From an uncultured delta proteobacterium (lineage in GTDB: Bacteria > Myxococcota_A > Polyangia > Polyangiales > B10-G4), in assembly GCA_963727445.1 (NCBI GenBank), contig CAVSGI010000009.1, positions 640,001 through 704,000 on the forward strand: 64,000 nucleotides of DNA. The letters are read 5' to 3'. Numbering within the stretch: the first letter of the stretch is position 1; each line of letters starts with the position of its first letter. The position numbers and the translations under genes are program-made. Positions 29,273-38,845 of the stretch are shown one piece after another. The notes under the pieces were generated by a model. It was not told the DNA's origin, made no database searches, and worked only from the letters and a program-made list of their open reading frames with translations.

Positions 29273-32119
29273 TCAGAAGCGAGTGAGGGAGGTGGTGGTC
29301 ACCGGCCGGTCGTAGCTCATGTTGGTCGGCTCGATCAGCTGTCCGCCGTCGCCGCGGCCCCAGCAGATCGACTGGCCAGAGGTGCGGGTGGCGCAGCAGT
29401 GATAGTAGCCGCAGCCGATGGTCGTCGCGTCCGACAGCCCCAGCACCGCGCTCGGCACCGTCTTCTGAACGGTGGAGCCGTCACCGAGCTGGCCGTAGTC
29501 GTTCTGGCCCAGGCAGCGGACGGCGCCCGACCTCAGGCGCGCGCAGAGGTGCCCGACGCCCATCGCGACCTGGCGAACGCCGTCGAGGCCGACGACGCGG
29601 GTCGGATTGGGCGTGCCCCCGGCGCCGCCGCCGGGCAGAGGCGCTCCCCAACACCACACCCCGCCGCTCTGCGACGCGGCGCAGGTCGTGTTGCCGCCCG
29701 CGGCGAGACCGACGATGGGATCGCCTTCGGCCAGACCCTGAACGGGGCGCGCCGTGCGCACGTCACCGAGCGGTGTGAAGCCGAGCTGACCGGACGCGTT
29801 GCGCCCCCAGCACCAGACCTCGCCGCTGTCGAGGAGCGCGCAGGTGTGGTCCTGGCCTGCCACCAGGTGCGCCGCGCCCGTCACGCCTTCGACGTCGCGC
29901 GGCTCGTTGGTGCAGGGCACGAAGCCCATGCAGTGATCGGTGATCACGTCGTTGGTGCCGAGCTGTCCGTGCTGGTGGTGACCGATGCAGGCGATGGTCC
30001 CGTCGGTGCGACGCACGCACGTGTGCTCGAAGCCGCAGACCACTTCGACGGCGTCCATCATCCCCATGAAGTCGCCCGTCGCCGCCGTGCGCGAGTCACC
30101 GAGGCAATCCACGCGGCCGTCGACGCCCACGGCGCAGGCGTGATCGCGTCCATTACACATGTCCACGCCATCGGTGAAGCCGTCGAAGACGGCCGCGGTA
30201 CCGTCGAAGCCGGTCATCGGCGTCTCGCCCCAGGTGTTCGTCCCGCCGCAGCGGATCTCGCGGTTGGGTAGCAGGAAGCAGGTGTCGTCGCTGCCGCCGG
30301 TGATCTTCACCGGATTCGCGAGCACCGAGGCCGGCTGAGGAATGGCGCCCCAGAGCGGGTCGTACATCGGGTGCATCGCACGCCCGTCACCGAGCTGACG
30401 CTGCGCACCCTGTCCCCAGCAGAACACCTGGGCGTCCGTGATGGCGCAGGTGTGCGAGGAGCCCCCGCCCATCGCCACGGCGTCGTCGACGCCGGAGACC
30501 GGCGTCGGAACCCGCGCGTTCATGTCCGAGGCGTCGCCGACCTGCCCATTCAGGTTGCTCCCCCAGCAAAGGACGCGGCCATCCGCCATGTGCGCGCAGG
30601 AGTGCGCGCCCCCGAGGTGGAGGTCGACCACCTCGCCGTCGAGGCCGGTCACCGTTCTGGGCGACGTCGCGACGGTGTCCGGGCACGAGGCGCTCGGCGC
30701 GCCGCAGCCCAGCTGCCCATAATCGTTGGCGCCCCAGCACGCGAAGGAGCCATCCATGCGCTTCACGCACGCGTGTCCGCCGCCCACCCAGAGGTCGACC
30801 GCGTCGGTCACGCCGGTGACGGTGCCGATGCTCAGCGCCTCGTCGCCGAGGCCGAGCTGGTCGTTGATGTTGAAGCCGGCGCAGGTCACCTGGCCGGTGG
30901 CGTGCAGGACACAGGTCGAGATGCCGCTCGCGCCGACCTTCACGGCGTCGGTGATGTCGGGGATGAGGGCGGGCAGGAAGCTCTGGTCGCAGTTTCGCCG
31001 CGTCCCGTCCATGATCGGGAAGGGACAGGAAAAGCCCCAGCAGCTCACCTCGCCCGTATCGAGGAGCGCGCAGACATGGGAGTCGCCGGTGGTGATCTGC
31101 GTGGCCGGGCTCGGCAGGTCCACCCGGCCGAAGGCGCCGCCGGAGACGCTGAAGGTGTAGCGCTGCTCGAGCACCAGCTCCGAGCCCCAACAGAAGACCT
31201 CGCCGTCGATCAGCGCGCAGACGAAGTCGCCGCCGACAACGAGCTGATCTGGATTCGTGACGGTGGGGTGGAGGATGGAGGCCTGCGCGTCGGCGGCGGG
31301 GTCGCCGAGCTCGCCCGCCGTGTTGTCGCCCCAGCACACGACGCCACCGAAGCGAGTCACGACGCAGGTATTGCTGGGACCGCCAGTGATCGAGACCGGC
31401 AGGCAGGCAGTGCCCGCGGCGGCGCCGTCCTCGGCTTCGTCGGGCACGCCATCGCAGTCGTTGTCGATTCCGTCGCAGAGCTCGAGGGCGCCTGGATAGA
31501 CGAGGGGGTTGTCGTCGTCACAGTCGTCGACCGGGAAGAAGCGCATGTCGCCCATGGGGCCCGGCATGCAGGTCGCGTCGACGGCGGTGTGCTGGTCGCC
31601 GTCGCGGTCTTCGCTCGGCTCGCTCTGTGGGCCGCCGCTGAAACGCACCCCGGCTTCGGTGGTGCAGTCGTTGTCGTAGCCGTCGCAGAGCTCGTCGGCG
31701 CCGACGTGAGTGTAGGGGTCCGAGTCGTCGCAGTCGTTCACCAGCGCGCCGGCGCAGAGGTCGACGGCGCCGTCCATGTCGTCGTCCTCGTCGGGCCCAT
31801 CGAAGAGGCCGTTGCAGTCGTCGTCGATCCCGTTGCAGATCTCGGCGGCGGTCGACGAGATGTTGGGATTCGAGTCGTCGCAGTCGCCACCGCCGCAGGC
31901 CACGGAGGGGTCGCCGTCCCCATCCGCTTCCACCACCATGGCCATGCACTGGCCTGTCTCGACCTGACAGACCTGCTGCATGCACATGTCGCCTTCGTCG
32001 AAGATCTGACAGTCGGAATCTGTGGTGCAGCGAGCGAGGCTCAGGTCGTCGAGACCGAGGAGGCTGCAGCCCGAGGCGAGGGTGAGCAGCGCACAAGCCA
32101 GCACGAGGCGAAACGGCAT
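29273..32119 (-). CDS. Lipoprotein with MopE-like Cys-rich metal-binding repeats and RCC1-like beta-propeller repeats
   Basis: Lipobox ASGC; DCDD...AE(I/L)C.G.D.DC x3; more than 10 H.C....G.V.CWG.N..GQLG repeats; start overlaps the kinase stop. Confidence 0.92.
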   Translation of the reverse strand: MPFRLVLACALLTLASGCSLLGLDDLSLARCTTDSDCQIFDEGDMCMQQVCQVETGQCMAMVVEADGDGDPSVACGGGDCDDSNPNISSTAAEICNGIDDDCNGLFDGPDEDDDMDGAVDLCAGALVNDCDDSDPYTHVGADELCDGYDNDCTTEAGVRFSGGPQSEPSEDRDGDQHTAVDATCMPGPMGDMRFFPVDDCDDDNPLVYPGALELCDGIDNDCDGVPDEAEDGAAAGTACLPVSITGGPSNTCVVTRFGGVVCWGDNTAGELGDPAADAQASILHPTVTNPDQLVVGGDFVCALIDGEVFCWGSELVLEQRYTFSVSGGAFGRVDLPSPATQITTGDSHVCALLDTGEVSCWGFSCPFPIMDGTRRNCDQSFLPALIPDITDAVKVGASGISTCVLHATGQVTCAGFNINDQLGLGDEALSIGTVTGVTDAVDLWVGGGHACVKRMDGSFACWGANDYGQLGCGAPSASCPDTVATSPRTVTGLDGEVVDLHLGGAHSCAHMADGRVLCWGSNLNGQVGDASDMNARVPTPVSGVDDAVAMGGGSSHTCAITDAQVFCWGQGAQRQLGDGRAMHPMYDPLWGAIPQPASVLANPVKITGGSDDTCFLLPNREIRCGGTNTWGETPMTGFDGTAAVFDGFTDGVDMCNGRDHACAVGVDGRVDCLGDSRTAATGDFMGMMDAVEVVCGFEHTCVRRTDGTIACIGHHQHGQLGTNDVITDHCMGFVPCTNEPRDVEGVTGAAHLVAGQDHTCALLDSGEVWCWGRNASGQLGFTPLGDVRTARPVQGLAEGDPIVGLAAGGNTTCAASQSGGVWCWGAPLPGGGAGGTPNPTRVVGLDGVRQVAMGVGHLCARLRSGAVRCLGQNDYGQLGDGSTVQKTVPSAVLGLSDATTIGCGYYHCCATRTSGQSICWGRGDGGQLIEPTNMSYDRPVTTTSLTRF

Positions 32120-33747
32120 CAGAAGCTCACCATCTTCAGTGCGCGCTCCATGCCGGTGCCGGTGGAGTCGCTCTCTTCTTCGTGGTTCGGGGGTGGGGCG
32201 GTCATGGTGGGGGGCGGCGTCGTGAGCACCGCTTCGGTCATGGCTGGAGGAGGCGGCGCTGTCATCACGGGCGGTGGTGTGGGCTCGGCGGCCATCCTCA
32301 CAGGGGTGGAGCGCCTTCGGCGGCCGGCGCTCGCGTGCGTGTGCTCCGGCTCGCTCTCGGCCGCGGCGGAGAGGGCGATGTCGATCTCGCGTGGCCCGCT
32401 GATCACGATCTCTCGGCGCTCTGCCACGTAGCCGTCGAGCTCCGCCGCGAGGGCGTAGGGTGTGTCGCGGACGGCGACCTCGCCGTCGTAGGGGTTGGCG
32501 ACCGTTTCGCCGTCGAGGGTCAAGGTCGCCTCGGCGGGCTCGACGCGGATCGTGAGGTGGGCGGTTCCGTCCTCGACCCGCGTCGGCGCGGCGGTCTCTG
32601 CCGGAGCCGTCTCCTCGGCGGCGGGGCTGTCGCTGACCGCGGCCGTCTCCGCGGGGAGCGGGGGGTCGCCGCTCTGGGTCAGCGCGACGACGCCCAGACC
32701 CACGAGGGCCAGCGCCGCGAGCCCCATCCCCAGCATCAGGGGGCCCTTCTTGCGCTCCTCGTCCACGTGCATCGGCGTCTCGGCCGCGGCGGAGAGGCGA
32801 GGTGCGGTGATGGGCGTGGGATGACTCTGCGGCGTGGCGATCACCGGCGCGTCGTCGATGCGCGCGAAGGGCGCCCAGGCCGCTTTCACCGCCTCGCAAT
32901 TCGGATAGCGATCCTCCGGCCGCTTCTCGAGCATCTTCTCCACCACCGCGACCGCTTCGGGTGGCAGATCGCGACGCAGCTCGGCGAGGGACGGCGGCGC
33001 CTGGTGAACGACCTTCACCAGCAGCGCCGGATAGGAGGCGTCCTTGAAGGGGAGCTCGCCTGAGAGCATCTGATACGCGAGCACGCCGAGGGAGAAGATG
33101 TCGGCGCGCGCGTCGATGTCGCCGGAGCCCATCGCCTGCTCCGGCGCCATGTAATAAGGCGTGCCGATTGACGCTCCGGTCTGGGTGAGCTTGGTCGCGC
33201 CGCTGTCACGCACGAGCTTGGTGATGCCGAAGTCGAGGAGCTTCACGAAGCGGGTGTCGTTGCCGCGCTCGATGAGGAAGACGTTCTCCGGCTTCAGGTC
33301 GCGGTGCACGAAGCCCGCGCGGTGCGCGGCGGTGAGCGCATCGCAGATCTGCGAAAGGATGTGCACCGCCTCGTTCAGCGGCAGCGGACCGCTCTCTTCG
33401 AAGAGGCTCCCGAGCGGGCGGCCTTCGAGGTACTCGAGGATCATGAAGAGGAAGCCGTCCTCGGCCCCCATGTCCGAGACCTCGACCACGTTGGGGTGCC
33501 CGATGGAGACGGTCGCCTGCGCCTCGCGCCGGAAGCGCTTGACGATGTTGGGGTCGGCCGCGAACTGCGCATGGAGAAACTTGATCGCCACGCGCTTGCC
33601 GATGACCTTGTGGCGCCCCTCGTAGACCGTACCCATGCCCCCGGAGCCCAGGCGCCGCAGGACCTCGTACTTGTACTGCAGGACCTTGCCGAGCATCGGG
33701 TCCTGAAGCTCGAAGCTCTCGGTGTCGTCCGTGGGGAACTCCTCCAC
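32119..33747 (-). CDS. Membrane Ser/Thr kinase with periplasmic PEGA-like domain
   Basis: GSGGMG, VAIK, HRDLKPEN, DFG, GTPYYMAPEQ; TM; LTIRVEPAEATLTLDG. Confidence 0.95.
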   Translation of the reverse strand: MEEFPTDDTESFELQDPMLGKVLQYKYEVLRRLGSGGMGTVYEGRHKVIGKRVAIKFLHAQFAADPNIVKRFRREAQATVSIGHPNVVEVSDMGAEDGFLFMILEYLEGRPLGSLFEESGPLPLNEAVHILSQICDALTAAHRAGFVHRDLKPENVFLIERGNDTRFVKLLDFGITKLVRDSGATKLTQTGASIGTPYYMAPEQAMGSGDIDARADIFSLGVLAYQMLSGELPFKDASYPALLVKVVHQAPPSLAELRRDLPPEAVAVVEKMLEKRPEDRYPNCEAVKAAWAPFARIDDAPVIATPQSHPTPITAPRLSAAAETPMHVDEERKKGPLMLGMGLAALALVGLGVVALTQSGDPPLPAETAAVSDSPAAEETAPAETAAPTRVEDGTAHLTIRVEPAEATLTLDGETVANPYDGEVAVRDTPYALAAELDGYVAERREIVISGPREIDIALSAAAESEPEHTHASAGRRRRSTPVRMAAEPTPPPVMTAPPPPAMTEAVLTTPPPTMTAPPPNHEEESDSTGTGMERALKMVSF

Positions 33748-34722
33748 TCAGAAGCTCCCGGACAAAGAGACCTCGGCGGCCCCCCGGCCGATGGCGACGG
33801 AAGGGGTGACGGGCGGCTCTTCTTCGTCGCTTCCCCAATCGGTGAGCAGACCCATCACGACGGCGGTGATCCCGAAGAGCGCAGCGCCAGCGTAGAAGAC
33901 GTCGGCGACGGTTGCGAGGGTCGAGATGTGATCGATCTCGCCCTGCGTGACGTCCCAGCGCGCGCGTGGATCGTCGAGGCGGGTCTGGACCGAACCGCGC
34001 GCGTCGACCGCGGAGACGCCGAGGACGATACCCGTGATGAGGGACGCGAGGGCCACCCCGGCTGCCGACCAGAAGAAGACAGGCGAGAGCCCCTCGAACT
34101 CTTCGGAGAGCTTCTCGAGGTGTACCTGCACCTCGGTCGATCCACCGGCCGCCACCTGCACCTCGCGCCGCGCGGGAAGGTAGCCCTCGGAACGGAGCTC
34201 GATGACGTGAACGCCCGCCGGGATCCGAACCTCGCCCGGCGCCGTGCCGGCCTCTCGCTCGTCGAGCCAGACCACCGCCGAGCCGACGTTGGTGTCCACC
34301 TGCACGGTGGCCAGGAGCTCCTCGAGCTCGTGGATGCGCTGCGTCACCGCGGCGCGATCCTCGGCGGCGTTGCCGCCCTCGTCGAGATAGCGCTGATAGT
34401 AGCGTAGCGCGACGTCGTAGCGGAACTCGCGCTCGTGACACTGAGCGATGTTGTAGAGGACGAGGTAGCGGTTCGGGTGCTCGCCGATGACCTCGTAGGC
34501 CGTCTCGAACTCCGTCAGCGCCGCGTCGTAATCACCACGCTCGAAGAGGGCCTCGCCGCGCTCGACGCGCGTGCGGGCTTCGACGACGGCGCTCGACGGT
34601 TCGGCCGGGCTCTCGACGTCGGCCGGGGCCTCGCCTTCCGTCTCCTGCGCGCTGGCGAGCGTCGGGGCGGCGGGGAGAGTGAGAAGCAGGAGGAAAGTGA
34701 AGGGGAACCGCCGCGCCGGCAT
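33748..34722 (-). CDS. Secreted TPR + PEGA domain protein with C-terminal hydrophobic hairpin
   Basis: Signal peptide; GEALFERGDY...LYNIAQCHE TPRs; PEGA (VWLD...GTAP...GVHVIELRSEGY); ends EVSLSGSF; stop abuts the kinase GTG. Confidence 0.88.
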   Translation of the reverse strand: MPARRFPFTFLLLLTLPAAPTLASAQETEGEAPADVESPAEPSSAVVEARTRVERGEALFERGDYDAALTEFETAYEVIGEHPNRYLVLYNIAQCHEREFRYDVALRYYQRYLDEGGNAAEDRAAVTQRIHELEELLATVQVDTNVGSAVVWLDEREAGTAPGEVRIPAGVHVIELRSEGYLPARREVQVAAGGSTEVQVHLEKLSEEFEGLSPVFFWSAAGVALASLITGIVLGVSAVDARGSVQTRLDDPRARWDVTQGEIDHISTLATVADVFYAGAALFGITAVVMGLLTDWGSDEEEPPVTPSVAIGRGAAEVSLSGSF

Positions 34723-34877
34723 ATCGGCGCACGATCGCACGCATCCGAAGCGCCTTCAATCACGTTCCAAGCTCGCGAATATTCGCGGGATCGCGCGGTA
34801 CCGTCATGGGATCCGGACCAGGCGGCGCTGGCGGCTGCGGCGATGACCGCGGGTGCGTGGCGCTCTTGCCGTGGGGC

Positions 34878-35747
34878 TCAGTCCGTGATGATCAGCGAGT
34901 AGGTGTTGCGCGCGTCGTTGTAGCCGTAGACCTCGAGGGCGTAGTGGCCGTTGCGCGTGGCCGTGAAGTCGATGGTCTCGTCGTCGGTGACGCTCGCCGA
35001 GGTGTCGAGCACCCTGTCGTTGTCGATGTCGTGAAGACGCATGTCGAGGTCGCCGTCGGCGTGGGTGAAATGGATGGTGAGGACCAGGTGATCGCCCCCG
35101 TAGGCGAAGAACGGGTGGAAGTCCCGCTCGCCGGGACAGATCTCGAGGTTCTCGTAGTTCACGTTGAAGGAGATGAAGGGTGTGTCGGGGCCGTCGTTGG
35201 GCTCGAGGGCGTCCGGGCGACAGTCGCTGCAGGCGGCATCGGCGTCGTCGACCCGGCCGTTGCAGTCGTCGTCGATGCCGTTGCCGCAGATCTCACCGCC
35301 GGTGCACGCGTCGGGATCGTTGCCCCCGCAGAGCGCGGTGCCCGTCATGCGCGGCGCGGTGACGTCGTAGGTGAGTGTCACGGTGGCCGGGCGCTCGGAG
35401 AAGGAGCCGTCCTCGCTCTGCGACCAGAGGACGAAGGTATGAGGGCCGTCGCCTTCGAGCGAGACCTCGATACAGAAGGAGCCGTCGGGCAGAACGGTGT
35501 TCGCGACGCTCTCCCCTTCGAACTCGACGATCACCCGGCGTGCGTCACGCGCGACGCCGCGGATGGGGGCGAGGCGGTCTGGGATCGCCTCCGGCATGGG
35601 GTCGAGGCGCGGCGCGGGGGGAGGAAGGGGACCCATCGTCCCCGCATCGTCGCTCGTCATGTCCATCGGCCCGGGCTCACCGTCGACGTGGGGCGAGCAT
35701 CCCGCGACGAGCAGCAGCCCGATGGCGACGAGACCGCGCGCGTCCAT
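34878..35747 (-). CDS. Lipoprotein with Ig-like domain, Cys-rich motif and PPC-like domain
   Basis: Lipobox VAGC; EICGNGIDDDCNG; DALEPND; DLDMRL...TDDETI...YALEVYGY; start overlaps the upstream stop. Confidence 0.82.
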   Translation of the reverse strand: MDARGLVAIGLLLVAGCSPHVDGEPGPMDMTSDDAGTMGPLPPPAPRLDPMPEAIPDRLAPIRGVARDARRVIVEFEGESVANTVLPDGSFCIEVSLEGDGPHTFVLWSQSEDGSFSERPATVTLTYDVTAPRMTGTALCGGNDPDACTGGEICGNGIDDDCNGRVDDADAACSDCRPDALEPNDGPDTPFISFNVNYENLEICPGERDFHPFFAYGGDHLVLTIHFTHADGDLDMRLHDIDNDRVLDTSASVTDDETIDFTATRNGHYALEVYGYNDARNTYSLIITD

Positions 35748-37270
35748 CACTGGTCCCCGCACGGCTGGATGAGGCAGGAGGCTGGAGGGAGGTGGCTCTC
35801 GGGCAGCGGCGGGCAGCTCGAGGATTGGGAGAGGTCCGGCGCCCACGTCCAGTCCTGCAGATCCACCTCGCCCGCCACGGTGGCCACCCCGCAGAGGTTG
35901 TAGGTGAGGAGGCTCGCCCGGCGCACGAGGCGCGTCGTCTGTCGGTAGAAGACGCCGTACTGCCCGGCGAAGATCTGCGCGTTGAAGCCGCGCTGCAGGG
36001 CTTCGCTCGAGCTCACCTGCCACTGGAAGCTCTCGCCCTGGGAGCCGTTGCGACTCGAGGTGGCGGATTCGGTGTCGGTGGTGGTCTCGCTGTGGCTGGT
36101 GCTGCTGGTGCTGCTCTGACTGCTGGTCGCCTGGGAGAAGGTCTCTCCGCCGACGTGGCCGTTCACCTTCGCGCCGATCTCCACGATCCCTTCGATCCCC
36201 ACCGAGCCGCCGACCTCTTCGCCGACCTGCCAGTTGAAGGAGGAGCCGTTGGTGGTCGAAAACCCGATGGTGTTGCTCTGCGACGCGGTGTTGGTGGTCG
36301 ACTCGGAGTGGGTCTGGGTCGTCGACTCGAGCCAGCCTTCGCGGAAGTCGACGCCGTAGCTGCGGGTGCGGGTCTCGGACTCGGTTTCTGTGTAGGAGGC
36401 GTCGCGCCCGCTCTCACCACCGGGGAGGCAGCCGGACACGGGGACCGGCGCGTACGTCTCGGCCACCGCGACCCGACCGTCGAAGACCACCTCCATGGGG
36501 CGATGGACGCCGACCGCGAAGAGCGTCTGGTGGGTGGCGCCGGTCGCGTCGCGCGCCTCGATGCTGAACACCGCGCCGTAGGCCTGGGCCTGGTCGGGCA
36601 CGGGCGGCAAGACGAAGTGACCGTCTTCGCCGAGGGTGCCGACGTTGCTCTCGGCGAGCTGGCGCCAGCTCTCGGTGGTGTCGGTCGCGGGGACGTTGAG
36701 GCGATAGGTGAAGGTGGTGGCTTCGAAGCCCAGCGCCTCGGCTTCGAGGACGTAAGGGATCCCGCCGATGGCGCGAAGCACCGGGCCGGCGCAGGTGGCG
36801 GTCCTCGGCTCGAGGCGCCGGACCAGGATCGAGGGAAGGACCTCGAAGGTGATCTCCTTCGGTATCTCCGACTCGGAAACCGTTCCCTCGTCGTCGATGA
36901 GCCGGATCCGCGCCTCGCCGACGAAGGTGCCGATCTGGTCGCCCGAAGCGCTGAAGGGGACGCGATAGGGGCCGAAGCCGTCCCAGCGGAGCGTGCCGCC
37001 GTCCACGCGCCTCACGGGCGCCTCGGCCAGGGTGCTCGTCGAGGCGCCGCTGCTCGTGGTGAAGGTCCCGTCGAAGACGACGGTCAGCTGACCTGCCTCG
37101 ATGGGCGGCATGTCCTCGACGTAGAAGTCGACGATACTGCCGAGGGACGCGCTCGAGGTGGAGAGCGCGCGGATACGAGCTGCGAGGCCGGCGTCGGTCG
37201 TCGTGCCTCCGACCGCGCACGAGGCGGCCCAGAAAAGCAGCAGGGCGAGAGGGATGGTGTGATTGCGCAT
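35747..37270 (-). CDS. Lipoprotein with putative aerolysin/ETX-MTX2-like beta-pore-forming domain
   Basis: Lipobox AASC; S/T-rich strands flanking FNWQVGEEVGGSVGIEGIVEIGAKVNGHVGG; C-terminal Cys cluster. Confidence 0.65.
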   Translation of the reverse strand: MRNHTIPLALLLFWAASCAVGGTTTDAGLAARIRALSTSSASLGSIVDFYVEDMPPIEAGQLTVVFDGTFTTSSGASTSTLAEAPVRRVDGGTLRWDGFGPYRVPFSASGDQIGTFVGEARIRLIDDEGTVSESEIPKEITFEVLPSILVRRLEPRTATCAGPVLRAIGGIPYVLEAEALGFEATTFTYRLNVPATDTTESWRQLAESNVGTLGEDGHFVLPPVPDQAQAYGAVFSIEARDATGATHQTLFAVGVHRPMEVVFDGRVAVAETYAPVPVSGCLPGGESGRDASYTETESETRTRSYGVDFREGWLESTTQTHSESTTNTASQSNTIGFSTTNGSSFNWQVGEEVGGSVGIEGIVEIGAKVNGHVGGETFSQATSSQSSTSSTSHSETTTDTESATSSRNGSQGESFQWQVSSSEALQRGFNAQIFAGQYGVFYRQTTRLVRRASLLTYNLCGVATVAGEVDLQDWTWAPDLSQSSSCPPLPESHLPPASCLIQPCGDQ

Positions 37271-37539
37271 CGCGCACGGACATGGAGCAACACTCGTGCC
37301 TCCCCGCGCGGCCGGGTTCTTTCCGACAAAAAGGCGGTCAATTGTTCGATCGAATACGCACCTCCCCGGCGCCCCCCGGGGCGGCTGCCCAGCGTTCGGC
37401 CACCGCTGTAGGGGCGATGCGGACACTGGTCCGCAGCGCAGGAGCCCTTTCCTGGGACGGCGCTCGGACGCCTCGACACCGCGCCGTGACAGGTCTATTA
37501 ACCCGCGTCCCGCGAGGGCGGGCTTGGAAGGCTTGGCTC

Positions 37540-38490
37540 ATGAAGAAGCAGATCACGATCGTCTTGAGCGCGCTGGCGCTCCTCGGTGCCGCGGCGTGCG
37601 GCGATGACAGCTCGGGCGGAGACGCCTCCACCGACACCGGCGCGGACACCACCACGCCGGATACCGGAAGCCCCGACACCGGCACGATGGACTCGTCGAT
37701 GATGGACTCGTCGATGATGGACTCGAGCGTTACGCTCCCGGTGACGGAGTGCGATCCCTTCGGGGACGACTGCGCCGAGGGAGAGAAGTGCCAGTTCGTG
37801 ATCTGGAACCCGGACGCGGCGGCCGGCACGGACAACACCGTCTTCTACGGCTGCGTGCCGGACAGCACGGGCACCAAGAGCGCGGGCATCATCTGCGACC
37901 GACAGGTCGAGGTCACCCCGGACAACCCGGACGACGTCTTCTTCGTGAGCGACTGCGCCCAGGGCCTCTTCTGCTGGACGACCCTCGATGACGGCTTCGA
38001 GCGCTGTCGTCCGATGTGCGGGACCGACACCGCGCCGGACTGTACGGAGGGAACCGAGTTCTGCCTGACGCTCAACGGCGACCCATTCCTCGGTACCTGC
38101 AATCCGCTCAGCGATTGTGATCCGGTGGTCCAGAGCGGCTGCGACACCGCGGAGGGCTGCTACGTGGTCGGCACCACTCAGGGCGACCTGGGCGCGCGCT
38201 GCTTCGACGAGCCCACCGCCGACGACGCCGGCACGCCCCCGCCCATGCGCGGCGAGCCCTGCATGTTCATCAACGGCTGCACGCCCGGCAACTCCTGCAG
38301 CGGCGAGATCCTCGCCGACGGTGGCACCTCCGACACCGCGCTCTGCCGCGAGTACTGTGAGGTCGTGGCCGATGGCGGCATGCCCGTCGATGGCGGCGAC
38401 TGCATGGGGAGCGAGGCGTGCGTCGCCATCCCCATCAACGCCGACGGCGGCACCAGCCTGCTCGCACGCCCGACCGGGCTCTGCCAGTAA
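37540..38490 (+). CDS. Cys-rich lipoprotein
   Basis: Lipobox AAAC; D/T/S/M linker (MDSSM x3); CDP...C..G..C repeats. Confidence 0.82.
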   Translation: MKKQITIVLSALALLGAAACGDDSSGGDASTDTGADTTTPDTGSPDTGTMDSSMMDSSMMDSSVTLPVTECDPFGDDCAEGEKCQFVIWNPDAAAGTDNTVFYGCVPDSTGTKSAGIICDRQVEVTPDNPDDVFFVSDCAQGLFCWTTLDDGFERCRPMCGTDTAPDCTEGTEFCLTLNGDPFLGTCNPLSDCDPVVQSGCDTAEGCYVVGTTQGDLGARCFDEPTADDAGTPPPMRGEPCMFINGCTPGNSCSGEILADGGTSDTALCREYCEVVADGGMPVDGGDCMGSEACVAIPINADGGTSLLARPTGLCQ

Positions 38491-38516
38491 AGTCAGGGGG
38501 ATGAGGGGTGCGGCCG

Positions 38517-38545
38517 TTGACAGGGCCACACCCCGGTGCTACCTC
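38517..38545 (+). promoter_or_regulatory. Putative sigma70 promoter for tRNA-Ala
   Basis: Perfect TTGACA at 38517, then TGcTACCTC extended -10-like element just upstream of the tRNA. Confidence 0.5.
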
Positions 38546-38559
38546 GCCATCCCCTTTCC

Positions 38560-38632
38560 GGGCCTGTAGCTCAGCTGGGAGAGCGCATGACTGGCAGTCA
38601 TGAGGTCAAGGGTTCGATCCCCTTCAGGTCCA
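38560..38632 (+). tRNA. tRNA-Ala(GGC)
   Basis: GGGCCTG/CAGGTCC acceptor stem with G3:U70; D-arm AGCTCAGCTGGGAGAGC; CATGA-CTGGCAG-TCATG anticodon arm; GGTTCGATCC; followed by CCC, so CCA is not fully encoded. Confidence 0.97.
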
Positions 38633-38640
38633 CCCGATAG

Positions 38641-38670
38641 ACGCCCGCCAAGAGCGGGCGTTTTTCGTTT
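38641..38670 (+). terminator. Rho-independent terminator after the tRNA
   Basis: ACGCCCGC-CAAGA-GCGGGCGT then TTTTCGTTT. Confidence 0.85.
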
Positions 38671-38845
38671 CGGGGCCCGCCCCGTGCGAGCGGTCCGGGA
38701 CAGAACGCGGCTGATGCGGCGTCGCCTCGACGGTCCCGTCACCCGTCTTCGCTCGATCCTCCGGCCCCCGTTCTCCCGGCCGTCCCCCCAAGTTCCGCGC
38801 TTTTTTGACCCGGATCCACCGACGTGATCAATCTCGATCGGGTCC

